Part shown: positions 10,554 through 25,010 of the stretch, in pieces
How positions within the stretch are numbered: position 1 is the first letter of the stretch
How the letters are laid out: each line of letters begins with the position of its first letter
From: Paraglomus brasilianum
Taxonomy: Eukaryota
Direction of reading: 5' to 3'
DNA length: 47,868 nt
Assembly: GCA_910592345.1 (NCBI GenBank)
Contig: CAJVPI010000157.1
Coordinates: 1 to 47,868 of the forward strand
The notes under the pieces: generated by a model
Told to the model about the DNA's origin: nothing
The model's input: the letters and a program-made list of their open reading frames with translations, nothing else
Database searches by the model: none
Program-made: the position numbers and the translations under genes

Positions 10554-11580
10554 GTGTGTGGTATTTGTAAATTGAGCGGGTGAGAGTTATCTTTGATGAC
10601 ATTCGGGAATACTAGATAGTATTTTCTTGGGCATTAATGAACATTAATAGTATTTACAAGCATTTAAACGTGTATATTACGCACATAATCATTAAACACG
10701 ACCTTAAGACAATTATTAGCAATGCTTATGATAAGTGTTTCCACAGGCAAGTCTTAATATAGATGCTTGCCCTGGTTCTAACATATTCTCTTATTTGAGA
10801 CATGGAATTGGGTATTTTATTGAGGATATGAATTACTGAGGGCAATGCTCGGAATGGTTTATTGAAAAAAAAAAAGAAGTCATGTATAATTGACCGTAAC
10901 TGCAATTGTTTGATTAACTCAGTATCTAGAAGGTATTAAGCTGAAATCAAGGTTTTAGTACATATTCATGCAAGACAGGATAACTGTCATTTTAAATCAA
11001 GCATTTGTTCATGAGCTAACCCTGTATTAGTATGAAGTCATTTTCATTAGAGACTAAATTAGCTAACTTATATTGCAATGCTGTTACTTTCATGGTTAGC
11101 CATCTTACATTTTACTCTAAAATTATTTTTAATGATTCTTGCATTCTAAATGGGACGTGCATTAAGTGAACATATACGTATAATGGCTGGCGTGGCTGGA
11201 ATTATGGCGGATAAGCAGAACAAAAGGCCTTTGTTAACGTTTCAGCAATTTTATTTTGGGCAATAATTTGTAGTCATGATTATTGATGGCTTTATCCAAT
11301 CTGTTATTATTATTATAATTATGTCAGTCATAGAATGTGATAAGGTGATTATAATATTACTTTTAGTTGCCGAATTAAAATTGTAATTTATCAATACATT
11401 AGTTCTCATTACTGAAGCAGTGACCCGATTTATTGGTTGGCATAACAACAAAATGTGCCAGTTCGCAGTTCCCACTGCATTCTTTCCAGTCACACAAATC
11501 ATTTGGAGACGATCAAATTATATTAAATATTAGTATTATATTTCTTTTACACCAAGTTATTCAACTCCAACTGAGACATT

Positions 11581-14580
11581 ATGATTTTCCCAGTAGTCGA
11601 TTTGACTAATCCAATTCCTTATTCAGACGAGATTCACGACGTCTTGAGTTCTTTGAACTGCATTGGGACGACCGTATTTTTTATCGATAATATTGATGAT
11701 TTGAGCGTTCTCGTTGAAGTTAGAGATCGATATCATATAACAGATTATTGGATATTCCCTCAACGTGGGGATACTCTAGACGTACCTAAGTTAATTAAAT
11801 TACTCGATGATGGAGCAACAAAAGTTGTGCTTTCTTCAGACTTTATACTAAAGAAGCTTCGAATCGACGATATTCCGGCCGAGAGATTAGTAGCAAGTTT
11901 GACACTGAATGCCGCTTCACCTGAGCTAACTGATGCTTTATCCGAAAAAGTCTCTGCATACCTAATAATACCGTCTACTAACCACAGCAACAGCAGTATA
12001 TTTTCAATGTTCGACTCAATCTTGGACCAAGTGTCCGTCTTGATTAAACATGTCCAGAAGCATCCACTTCCCTCTGGTGGTCAGAAGGATATTGGGATGA
12101 TGTTACCCCCATCAATTAAACTGGAGTTAGAACTTATCAAACAATTGTCCGACCTTAATGGTCGATTTCTGGTCTCGGTTGATGCATTAACATTGAAAGA
12201 ACCCGACAAGACCACAAAGATCAACATTGCTGATGCTTTTACTTGTTCATTGAAATCAGATCGAGCCGATGGATTATTTACAACAGTTGTAGTTGATGAA
12301 CAAGGTATTGCATTAGGTTTAGTCTATTCATCGCGAGAAAGTGTAAGAGAAGCTATAAGAACTAAGAAAGGAGTATATCAGAGTAGGAAGAGAGGACTCT
12401 GGTATAAGGGAGCCACTTCTGGGGCCGTTCAGAAATTAAAGAGTATTAATATTGACTGTGATGAAGATGCTCTGAGATTTGTAGTCGAGCAACTTGGAAG
12501 TGGTAAATATAACGCGGCCATCTTTTCGTGTTTTTGTATCGCTAAACAGTATGCGTCTTTTGTTCAATTAATTTACCTTGACACTATTACGTTTGCTTAA
12601 TTAGGTTTCTGTCATCTTAATACAAATACATGTTTTGGCCACTACAATGGCTTGAAGGCACTTGAGAAAACACTTCAAAGCCGCAAGTTATCGGCCCCGC
12701 CTGGATCATATACTCAAAAATTATTCCAGCAGCCTGACCTTCTCAAGTCTAAAATAATGGAGGAAGCTGGCGAGTTATGTTCAGCAACCAGCAAGGAAAA
12801 TATAGCATGGGAGGCGGCAGATCTTATTTATTTCACGCTGACGAAATGCATTGCTAATGAAGTGACGTTAGCTGATATCGAAGAACAGTTGAACAAGCGT
12901 GCTCTGAAGATAACGCGTAGACCGGGAAATGCTAAGCTACAGCGGGATGTGACTAAGCCAGATAGTAATGATAATGACAAGAGTGACTTGTTGAATGACG
13001 ATAAGTCGACCGATAGTGACAATAAGCAAGCGGACGAAGAAGACAGACAGGATGTAGTAGCAGAAGGAACTATAAAAATGCAGAAATATGACTTGTCAGA
13101 GATCACACCTGAAAAGAGGTCATCGTTACTACAGCGTCCTATAATCAAATCCGACGAAATATTGGAGCGTGTTCGACCTATTGTTGACGATGTGCGAAAA
13201 AGAGGAGACGTTGCTCTTCTCGATTTAACTGCAAAATATGATGGAGTACGTCTTCAGTCGCCAGTAATAACGTCGCCTTTCCCACCAGAGTTGATGTCTA
13301 TTGATGATGCTACTAAATCTGCCATAGATCAAGCATTCGATAATATACTCAAATTCCACGAAGCTCAATATGATAGATCGACTTTGGTGGTTGGTACTAT
13401 GCCGGGGATAACCTGTTATAGATTCAGTCGCCCAATTAAGAGTGTTGGACTGTATGTTCCAGGAGGGACAGCTGTGTTGCCATCTACGGCTTTGATGCTA
13501 GGAATACCAGCGATGGTAGCTGGATGTAAAGAAATTGTAATGGCATGTCCTCCGCGTAAAGATGGGAGTGTTGCTTCCGAGGTGTTATATGTTGCTCATA
13601 AAATAGGAGCTACGAAGGTGTTGTTGGCTGGTGGTGCACAGGCGGTGGCTGCTATGGCATATGGGACCGAGAGTGTGCCAAAGGTAGATAAGATCTGTGG
13701 TCCGGGTAATCAGTATGTGACGGCTGCCAAGATGCTTGCTCAGGTAAGTAACGTATTGGCTAGGTGATCTAAATTATACCTATAAATCTATTTATACTAG
13801 TTTTTATCAATAGAATGATAGTTCCGCAATGATATCTATTGATATGCCGGCTGGCCCATCCGAGTTATTAGTGATCGCTGATGACACTAGCGTTCCCGCT
13901 TACGTTGCATCAGATCTACTTTCGCAAGCTGAACATGGCGAAGATTCTCAGGTTGTGCTTGTTGCAGTATCACTTGCATCAAATCTACTTGAAGAAATCG
14001 AAAAGGAAATCCACAAACAGGCTTCTTGCCTGCCGCGTGTTGATATCGTGAGACAGTCTATTCCAAAAAGCTTTATTTTGAATGTGACGAATATGAGCGA
14101 TGCTCTAAAATTCTCCAATGATTATGCACCTGAACATTTGATCTTGCATCTGGAAGATCCGGATTCATGGATTAACGAAGTAGACAATGCTGGAAGCATA
14201 TTCTTGGGGTCTTACTCTCCCGAAAGGTAAAGACATTAAATAAGTGAATAATAAGCAGTTGATTATTTAATATTGTTATTTTTGAAGCTATCATTGTTTA
14301 GGTTGCATGGTTTACTCATATGACATTCGCTATTTATACTTGCAGTTGCGGCGATTATGCTTCCGGCACTAACCATACGCTACCCACTTATGGATATGCT
14401 CGAATGTACTCTGGCGTTAACACACAGACATTCCTGAAGCATATGACAGCACAGAAACTAACAATGGATGGATTGGATAAAATAGGCGATACTGTCATGA
14501 GGCTAGCCGAAATCGAAGGATTAGAAGCCCATAGGAATGCTGTGGCTATTAGAGTAAAAGATATTCGAAATACGAAATAG
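11581..14580 (+). CDS. HIS4: Trifunctional histidine biosynthesis protein (PR-AMP cyclohydrolase / PR-ATP pyrophosphohydrolase / histidinol dehydrogenase), 4 exons
   Basis: HisI motif [10 protein letters not shown]...DCDEDAL..GFCH; HisE motif [24 protein letters not shown]; HisD motifs [53 protein letters not shown]. Exons ~11581-12502, 12606-13743, 13814-14225, 14347-14580. Confidence 0.97.
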
Positions 14581-15011
14581 ACACAATAGTGCTATTCTTC
14601 GATAGTGTGGTACCCATGTTTCACTCGCCAAAATTAGGGGATACAGCGATCTGAAACGGCTGACCTGTACGATTGCACAATGAATCATCTACGCCTTCAT
14701 CCATTTCTAGTTTGAAGCTATCCATTATTGGAAGTTGGAACACAACGAACTTCTAGCACTTGTGTAACTGTATGTGCAGCTATCCACACGCGATCTTCAT
14801 CTCCAAACATATAACTGTCGAACGTTGTCACTCCCTAAGATATTAATTTTACTTGACCATTAAATTGACTGCTTAATTGACCTATTTTTTTTTCTCTTTA
14901 TTTCATGGAATAAATTATTGGTCAGAATCTTATAAGAAATAAAGATTTTGATTTTTGAATAAGCACGATTTGAACGAGACGTTCGCATTTCCAATTGCAT
15001 GTTAATAAAAA

Positions 15012-18000
15012 ATGACCACTGCAGGGTCAGGGTCGGAGAAGACTTCAGTGCAAGTGGGTAAGTAAGGTTTGAAATTCCTGGTATTCTTGACTGAGAATAC
15101 TCTTAGAGTGAAGTTTGCCGTTCGGACGTCGTTAGCGAAATTTATAGTATAGCATATGTTCTTGACATCAGAACCACGATAGACAATTTCATATTTAACA
15201 AGTAGACTAATAGCAGTTGTTAAAAAATCAAAAAAATAAACTACTTTATTGAATCAGAGTATACAACGTTTCCACTCACATTTGTTGTAAATAACAGCAC
15301 TGCGTATAAGGCCTATCACAACAGCTGACTTAGTAAATCTACCGACTCGATTCCAACGGCAAGTGCTTACTATTCCACCAAATACACAAAATCAAGTGGT
15401 AGTTCAAGCTGAAAAAAAACCAACATTTTCATATGACCACGTTTTTGGACCCGACACAACGCAAAAGAATGTCTACGAAACAGCTGTTCTTAACATGGTA
15501 GACAAATTCATGGAAGGTAATATACGACAAGGAAATAAGAGAGAGAGAGAGAACATATAAAGGAGGAAGAAAGTAAAAGAGCTATGATGTATAATAATAA
15601 ATGATAGAACCAGACGGAAAAATGGTAATACTTTACCAAGTTCTATTATATTAATGATCAATCAATACCTATTATCTTTATTTAGGATACAATGTGACTA
15701 TTCTAGCGTATGGACAAACATCATCTGGGAAAACATTCACAATGGGAACAGCAGACAGTTCATCACAGTCACCAGAAACAAAAGGCATTATTCCGCGAGC
15801 AATGGCAACAGTCTTCTCTCATATGAACTCGCCAAAATACAAGAGTAGACGATTCACAACCAAGGTATCATTTATTGAAATCTACAATGAAGAACTAATA
15901 GATCTTTTGGGAGAATCGTATGGAGAGGAACGACCGCAAGTAACAATCAGAGAAGACACGAAGGGGAAAATTATATGGAATGGATTGCAAGAATTCAAAG
16001 TTAACTCTGCTGATGAAGTGATGAGGTATAAATGACTTGGCATCGTCTACATGTTGTGTAAATTTATTATAATACAATTATCTTAACTCACTACTCTACT
16101 GACAGCCATTTGACGAGAGGTTCACTTAATCGTCAAGTAGGAGCAACAGATATGAACGCTCAATCATCGCGATCGCACGCAATATTTTCCGTTACTCTCA
16201 CTCAACAAAAACCAGTCTCATCCGGTGGAGCGAATCCTGTGGCTTCTCTTGCTCAATCGGGAATAGCACGGTCATCTACACCAACTCGATTACAACCACC
16301 AACAAGGACAAGTTCTCGGATTGGGAAGAGACCCGAAGAAGAAGGAAGTTGGGTTACCATCACCAGTAAATTTCATTTCGTAGATTTGGCCGGTAGTGAA
16401 AGGGTAAGTAAGCTAGAAGACAGGAAAGAGACATATAATTGGAAATCAACTATACTGAGTAACCGCAATTAGCATGATGGTTGTTTTTTTTTGCGAGCTA
16501 TACATGTCTTTTCTAGTTCACTCATAATTATGGGTTGCTTTGACATGTAATGGATTAGAGATCCATGAGCTTGAAAATTTTTGTTTTCTAGCAATTTGGT
16601 AATGTAACTTCAATGACACTAAATGGATTTTCATGTCACTTTTCGTTGTAGTTAAAACGCACGTCAGCAGTCGGAGAACGTGCAAAAGAAGGAATATCTA
16701 TCAACTCTGGTTTACTCGCATTAGGAAATGTAATTTCTGCTCTGGGCGATCCCAACAAAGCAAAACACACAACTCATATTCCCTATCGGGACTCGAAACT
16801 CACCCGTTTGCTACAAGACTCACTTGGTGGAAACGCACAAACACTCATGATTGCATGCGTATCACCTGCAGAATATAATCTTAACGAAACAATAAATACA
16901 CTTAAATACGCAAATAGAGCTCGTAACATCAAGAATACGGCGTCGGTCAATCAGGAAGAAGTAGGGTGGCATGATTTAGAACATTTACAGAGTTTAGTAC
17001 TTAAATTAAGAGCAGAGATTAAAGCATTAAAAGCTGGAGGCGCTATTGAACCAGGCGCTAGTGCCACACTGCCAAGCGCCGGTCAAGAGAGTTTATTACA
17101 ATTACGCCGAGCCTCTGTATCTTCAAGCGCAGGTTCAACCAGCGGTCAGAAAAATGGTGACATAGATGCATACGAAGAACAATTGATGGAGCTACGCCAA
17201 TCATATTTTGAATTATCACAAAAATATGCAAAGCTAAACGCTGAACTTGCCAAGCATCAAGATAATGCTGTGAACGCAGACGGTGAAATGCCAAATGGTA
17301 GCACTAATCTTGCCGTCGAGAAAGAGGACGATGATCGAGTCTCTCTCAGACATGCTTCTGCTAGTTTTCAAGCCGCTGTGGAACCTGTAATTGAAGAGTA
17401 TGAAAGGTCAATCTCCGCACTAGAAAGTCGACTTGCCATCGCTCAAGCTGCTCTCAATCACTCTGAAAATTTACTTCTCGCACAAGAAAGCAAGATCGAA
17501 CAAGCTAAACAAACCATCGAACAAAATGGTAATTTGATTGCTGATCTCGGAAGTAAGCTTGGTAAATTAAAAGAACGCGAGGCGACGGCTGAGTTATATA
17601 TCAAGGACCTTGAGAATAAGCTAGAACACCATGCAGAAGAACAGAAAAAAGACCAGAATCTTATTACTGAGCTACGAACGAAAATCAACCACATGAAAAG
17701 TAGCGGGTCTAACAGCGAAGGTTATATCCAAGATCTCGAGACAAGATTGTCTAAGAGTGAAGAGGCTCGACAACAACTTGTTCAAACTTGTGAACGTTTA
17801 GAGAAGAGACTTCAGCGACAAGAAGAATCATATCAGGAGTTGGAAGATAGATTGAAAGAAGCAGACGTTGAGGCAGATAAACAGACGCTGCTTAATGCTC
17901 TTACTGATCGCAACCGTCGCATAACCCAGTTAGAAAAGAAAGTCGAGGAGCTTATAAATGAAGTAGAAAAGCTTAGAAAACTCAAGGAGCACGAACACGA

Positions 18001-21000
18001 TCACGTCTCTCACAATCGATCTATATCAACTTCTTCAATCATTAGTGACGTTGATAAAGATACGCCATTTACCACGCCAACAACATCTAAAGCCGCAACG
18101 CCTACAAGTGAACGGGATAACTCCTCTAATGCGGAGCTTGAAGGAAAGTTAGCTGACCTTCAACGGATTCACGGTGCCACGGTTGCAGAATACATGGATG
18201 TCAAAACAAAGTACCAAGCGTGTCTTGATGAAATAAATGAGCTACAGTCGCAGCTTCAAGAAGCGAAAATGATGGCAGTTGAATTACCAAACATGTCAAC
18301 TCCTCGGAATTCTTTCACTCTTAAATTATCCTCTGGAGAGCAGCAAGCAGATGGACGGCCGCAGCCCCGTAGAGCAAGGTCTCTGGGTACAGAAATTCGC
18401 GGCGCAGAGAATTATGAGCTTAATGCTACTGCATTACTTAATAAGTTACAAGGCGGCCATCCGCAAGATATTGAAGCAATAAAGGAAGAGTTTACGCAGT
18501 TGCAAGCTAGTCATCGTGAAGCTTTGCAACTCATTGAAAAACTGAAAGAGGAAATCCAATTAAATAAGGAAACGGCTGGCAAGCGTATTAATGGTCTTAC
18601 CTCTGCTGAAGCGGGCGAAGCCGCTGCTCGATTTGACCTGGTTAAAGAGTTGGCCAAGGAGGTCGATTCGCTAAAAGAGCGACAGCGGTTGGTTGAGACT
18701 CTTGCCGAGCAAAGGAAGAGTAATGATGTTCTAGTGTTGGAGAGTGAGATAGAAACATTAAAAAATCAGCTACATTCTACTGTTAGGGAGAAGGAAGCTG
18801 TGATGAGTAGCAAAATTAACGACGACGTTGTCGATGGGCTAGACGCTAAGATAAAGGAAATGGAGTTGAAACTTTTAGAAGCGAATAAGGCAAACCAGCA
18901 AGCTTTCGAGTCGCAATCCGAAGAAATGCAAGCTTCACTTCGTCAAAACATGAAAAATCTCGAAAAAGAAATCGAAATCAAAAACCAGACTATTAATTCT
19001 TTATTACTACCTTTCATGCAACAGCAAGATACAATAAAGCGTCTAGAGAGCGAACTTCAAGAGGCAAGAGAGCAGTATAGTTTATCCTTAGATTCTGTTA
19101 ATAAAGATGCCGCAGAATCTGCTGAAATTAAGGGCGACTCGTCCGAGCTCACTGATCAAGCAGCGGAAAGTCAATCTGACGCAGCCGAGAAGCTTCGACA
19201 AATGGAAGAGAAGATCAAGTCATTAGAGCTCCAACTTGCTAGCTCGAAAACATCACAGATATTCTCAAACCCTTCAGATGCGGCACAGAAATCTGTCGAT
19301 TCACTCAAGGAAAAGCTTTCTGCTTTAGAAGGAGAACTTGCTGGCAAAACGATAACTGATGAGAGTTTACAAGCACAACAGGAAAATATTGCCTCTCTTC
19401 AGACACACCTTGACGAACTTAATGCAGATATAAAACGAAAGCATGACATTATTGAAGTACTAAAACGTGATCTACTTGATAAGAACCTTATACAGAAGCA
19501 ATTGTTGGAAAAAGAGGAAGAGGCAGAAGAGTTGAAAGAGAAACTCAGGAAGGCTCAAGAGAGCGAAGAAAATCTAGTGAAAGAAATGCAAGAACTAAAG
19601 GCACAGCTCGAAGCCGATCTCGCACTATCACGCAAATCCAAGGATGAAGTGGACAGAGACTTGCAAGATTTGAAAGATGCATTCGAAACTCAGTCGCAGT
19701 TGGTTGTCAAGCTAGAAAGTGAGATAGAATTTTTGCAAAAAGACTTAAGTAATACTAGAAATGACTCTGAGTCTGGGTCAAACGAGTTGAATGAACTCAG
19801 CAGAGTACTTAACAAGACTCTGCAACAAAAAGAAGAGCTTGAAGTGATGGTTAAACAACTAGAGGAAGAGATATCGACAGTCTTAGCCGAGAATGAAAAA
19901 GCAGCTCGCGAGCAACTAACCAATAGTAAACTTGAAATGCAAGCATTGAACGACATTCTGACAGAACTTGAGAACCAACTATCTGCTACCGAAAAACAAA
20001 GGGACGAGTCCTTACAGCGTACTGACGAGCTTACAAAATTGCTCGAACAAAAAGATGTTGATTATAAGAAAGCTACAGCTGACCTCGAGTTGGCGCTTGC
20101 TGAATTACAGCAAGAATACGCTCAATCGAAAGAAGATCTTACACAAGTTAAATCAGAACTTGCTGATGCCAAAGCTGTTGAGGAGAAACAGGCTGTGGTT
20201 ATTGGTGAACTGGAAGAACAGCTGGGGTCTGCCGAAGAGAAACAGTCTATGGTTGTCGCCGAATTGGAAGAACAGTTGAGATCTGTAACTTCTAGTCTTG
20301 AGAAGGAATCAGCATCTAACAGTTCTATGGTTGCACAGCTACAAGCTTCAATAGAAGACAATCAGTTGGAACTTGAAAATGCTAGAATTGCAGAGAAAGC
20401 GAAATCCGAAAGAGTGAAAGAGTTGGAAACCAAGTTGGCGGATGTTGAACTTAAGTCAAAACAAACTGAAGAAATATTTGCAAGTGATGAAGATCCTTAT
20501 AACACTATATTACAAATTAGTATGCAACACGATCAAACAAAGCACTCGTTAGAACAAAGAGAATTGGAAATTGCATCATTGAAAGAAGATCTCTCCAAAG
20601 TACAATCCGAGCTCGGACAAGTACAGGCTTCTGAGGCGATGCAAGTCGAACTTGTTACATCGCTCGAAGATCAAATGAAGAAAATCGAGCTTGAACTCGC
20701 CCAATACAAATCATCCGCTCAATCCAACGATTCGAATGCGCTTTTAACAGAAAGAATCGATCATCTTGAAGCAGAAAACGAAGGGCTTGAACAAGCTAAT
20801 AAAACTCTATTTGAAGATCGAGGGAAGCTAGACCAGAAAGTAGAATCGTTGATTCAGCAACTCCAAGCCTCTGGGTTGGAAGGAAATTCAACGGCAACAA
20901 TGCTTGCTGAACTCAATCTCAAGATTAATTCGTTGGAGAATGAAGTTGAGGATAAAAAACAAAAGGCACAGCAGGATTCTTTAGAAATGGAGCGAGAAAT

Positions 21001-21982
21001 AGGAAGATTACTTGTCGAAAATGAAAGACTAGATCGTGAACTCAAGGAGCGATCTGAAATTCACACCAAGGGAGGTCATGAGTCATGGGACTCTGGTTAT
21101 GTGTCTCTTCCAAGTGCTACCATACAAGATGGCGCATCACAAAATATTCTCAACGATAACACAATTCCGGCTAAAGTCCAAGCCACCATAACACAGCAGA
21201 ATATACTCATTAAATCACTTCAAGAGAAGATTGCCGATCTCGAACGAAGGAATTCAAAAGTCGTTAGTTCGCCTACCGTCAACACCCAAGGTACAGACGT
21301 TGACGCAATGGTTAATGCCGCTCGTACACGTCCACGGACACGTTCACGTTCGTCTTCTTTCTCGTCAGACATTGTTAAACGTACCGGATTACGACCAGGT
21401 GCCGCAGCAAATATGCTCAAGTCACTTCCTCCAACTCCACCACCTAATCAACCACTTCCTCCTCCTCCCACCGAGCTTCCTCCGCCACCGTCACCGTCAC
21501 CCGACGTTTCATCTCCAGGTGTTATACCACCACCTCTACGCATACCTCAACGCCCTTACCCCGAATCACAGACAAATGACGTATCAGCCGAAATGCAGAA
21601 GCTTCATAAGAAGATTGCTAAGATGGAAGGAGAGAGTATCCAAACCAGTCAATTAGTATCTGAGCTTGAGAATGAAGTCACCGAATATGAGAAGGAGCTC
21701 CGTACTGCCAAGCAACAACTTGATACACTACGAAAAGAAAAGACCGAATCATCACAGACTGTGAAGAAGTTACATCTGCAATTGGAGAATGCATTGGCAG
21801 AACTTGAAAAAGCCAAATCAGTGCAAGAAGAGAAGAGAGAATTGCAGAATTGCTTTGAAGAGGAGAGGAAGGCTAGAGAGGAGGAGAGAAAAGCTAAAGA
21901 AAAGGCGGAGAGAGCTAGGTTGTTGTTAGAGAGTAGAATGGAGGAGTTAATAGCTAAGAGAAGTAAATTTATGTGTTTCTAG
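15012..21982 (+). CDS. Kinesin-4 (KIF4/KIF21-like) motor with a very long coiled-coil tail
   Basis: [20 protein letters not shown]-loop [14 protein letters not shown], switch [58 protein letters not shown]. Terminal exon ~16652-21982 encodes coiled coil, a poly-Pro patch and the C-terminus RSKFMCF. Confidence 0.93.
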
Positions 21983-22747
21983 TAGTTCATCAGATGCTTT
22001 ACTTGTATTTTGTTATGAAAAGACATAATATATTAGAGCACGGGAAATAGTAGAGCAATTGAAATAATGACATCCATAATAGTACTGGGTGGAATAGTAA
22101 ATATGCAATGTATATGATTCATTAACAGGGAAGGTGGAGATTAATTTATAGAATGGATTTAGTTTTAAAAAAAAGGGACACTTATTTATGATGTAAAAAT
22201 CAACTGAATGTATAACTATTATTTTTCATGTATCAGAGATTGTTGTATTATTTGATAAATGTACTTTATTATTTGATGAGCAATATTAATTAATATTTCG
22301 AGATGATTTTTGCCCACGTGAAATTAATGGGCAGCTTTTGCACAATGCACGGATTTGATTGTTCTGTTTTTGGCTTTGATCTGATGGTTACTCAAGAAAA
22401 TAACCCAATGCCCTATCGTTCTGTTAATGATATTCAATCGACATCGTAGCACCAGCTCTTTGTCGAATCTCTACATTCTCATTATAGTCTATATACACTT
22501 GATACGGCGAATAGCCGAAAGTATTGGGGTTTAAAGTGTCGTTTTCGTTATATGTAAGAATTTAGCAAAGCATTTCTCTTTGCAAGATAGTGTTTTTTGA
22601 AAAAAGGAGTAGACATTTATATTACTCTGCCCATAAACACAACTGCCTTTGACTATCACAACATTCAACAATAACGCATATCGACCGCATTTCCCCAAAT
22701 AAACTGAAAAACTTAATTCTTTATAAATAAAGCAAAAAATTACATCA

Positions 22748-24257
22748 ATGAACTTGCCATCACAACCTCCTTCCCCACCGTCGGTACTCTATGGTAATTG
22801 CCGCGACTGCGGTAAAGCACGTACAATCTTCAATTGGTGTCATGCATGCGAATCACAGTGGTTTCAAGAAAACTTTTCAAACTGGACAAGTGGGAACGAG
22901 CAGATCGATGCCATTGTTCGTACCTCGCAAGAAAATGCAAAACAAGGGGGAGATTTCTTGGAATGGATTCCCTTTGATCAGTTTGAACTTATTACGTATT
23001 CTATTAGGGGCGGATACGGTGCAGTGTATAAGGCTATCTGGTTAGAAGGACCGAGAAGTGTTTGGGATGAGATTTCGTTAGAATGGAGGCGACTGGGTCC
23101 TACTAAAGTTGCACTTAAGAGATTGGATAATTCGTGTAGAATGAGCAGGGAATTTTTGGAGAAGGTGGGTATGGAGTGGTCGGATGAAACGGAGGTTAAT
23201 CGACATGGTTTATATCATTCAATGTAATGCATTTATTAACGGATTAGTTCTCTTTTCTCTACTTGTTCATGTACTTTTATTTACCTATGTTTGTAACTAC
23301 CTACTACGGACTCTTATGTTAATAGTATTGACAATTCAATCTTAAAATTAACAGATATCTAGAAATCAAAAAGCTCTTTACAACCACCGTATGGTAGATA
23401 CATATGGAATTACAAAGGACTTGACGGACTGCTACATGTTCGTAATGAGGTTTTACGAAGCTGGCAATCTCTACGACTTTATAGACAAAAACGGACTGGA
23501 GCTATCCTGGCAAAAAAGAGTCGAGACGATTTGGGGAATATCAGAAGGACTGGAACTTCTCCACAGAATTGATTTAATACATGGTAATCTACATGGGGGT
23601 AATGTATTAGTGGATTGGAATCGTGAATTGAATACGGTAGACGCGCGTATTGCTGATATTGGATTAAGTGGACCAGCTGACTCACCTTTAAGTAATGTTG
23701 TATATGGAGTGTTACCATATGTTGCACCCGAAATATTACTCGGGCATGAATATACTAAAGCGGCTGACATCTACAGTTTCGGTGTGATCATGTGGTCTGT
23801 TGCTGCTGCGCAAAGACCATTTGATGACGATCCGCATGACAAAGACCTTGCATATGAGATATGTCACCAAAGACGCAGGCCAGAGGAACCTGATAAAATA
23901 CCAGACGCGTTCAAGCAACTAATGATGGAATGTTGGGATGAAGATCAGTCTAAAAGACCAAACGCGACTATATTAAACAAGACTATACAGAGTTGGATTT
24001 TTGAAATGACAAGTGGAAGTGAACTGGGCAGGGATTTCGAGGATGCCCAACGATTTGTGGATGAGTTGGCAAATTTTGAAAGAGAAGTATTTTATCCAGC
24101 AGAAGGCACACATTATGTCAGCAGACTATTGTGTTTCCCAAACCTAAGAGACAGAAGCCCCTTTGAGCAAAACATGAATGAAGAGCAGGACTACTCATCC
24201 GATGAAGCAGTCAATTATCCTGGAAACAATCGCCAGTTTACATATCCAGATATATGA
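22748..24257 (+). CDS. Tyrosine-kinase-like (TKL) protein of the Glomeromycota-expanded type, probable pseudokinase (2 exons)
   Basis: N-terminal CxxC...WCxxC, NFSNWTSGN, LEWIPFDQF, GGYGAVYKAIW, KVALKRL; exon 2 from ~23355; catalytic loop IHGNLHGGN, ADIG, GVLPYVAPE, ADIYSFG, CWDEDQSKRP. Confidence 0.9.
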
Positions 24258-25010
24258 TACTGACTGCATGTTAATATTAAATTTGTGAAATGTACAACAT
24301 CAATCAACATAATTGTAGAAACAGGGCTGCGGCCAAATAGATTAAGATACTATCCATATCGATATGTACAAGATAAATTAGGACAAATATCTATTGTTAG
24401 TATTATAGCATGTGTAGAATCATACCAAATTTGTATTTATACATTAGCGTTAGGGTATTCTTATATGTATATAGTTTGAATAAATGCAAAGTGAACATTT
24501 CACGTCATGTGCGTTTTAGAATGATGTTCTAATTTCTATTTCTCTTTCTCTTTAGCGCTATCACTATTACATATTACAGTCGTCCCTGCAGCCGGAGTTA
24601 ATCAAAAAGGGGATATTTGCTTTGCTTAATTCTTTTTCTAAAATCATAATTAATGCCTTCCAAGCTGATCGCCTAGGAAATCCTTCTTTTCAAAGTTCTC
24701 TATTGTCCGTACGTTACTGTAATAATTAGAGTATCTATGTTACACATGAAAAACAGGACCGAGGATATCATCATTACAATTACACGTAATTAGCTTTAAA
24801 ACCGTATAAAAATCATGGTGATTTATGGATAACAGAAAAAGGATTTTTCGCGTCTTCTTAATCGATCAGTATAATGGTTGGAAAATTACCACGTGTATTA
24901 CAACTAAGCGCGGTAATATTTATGATAAGGCGCGAAAAACATTTCATGCACAGTTTTGAAGTTGAACTTGGTACTAGTGAAATAAACGCGTATATCCCAT
25001 AAACAACACT

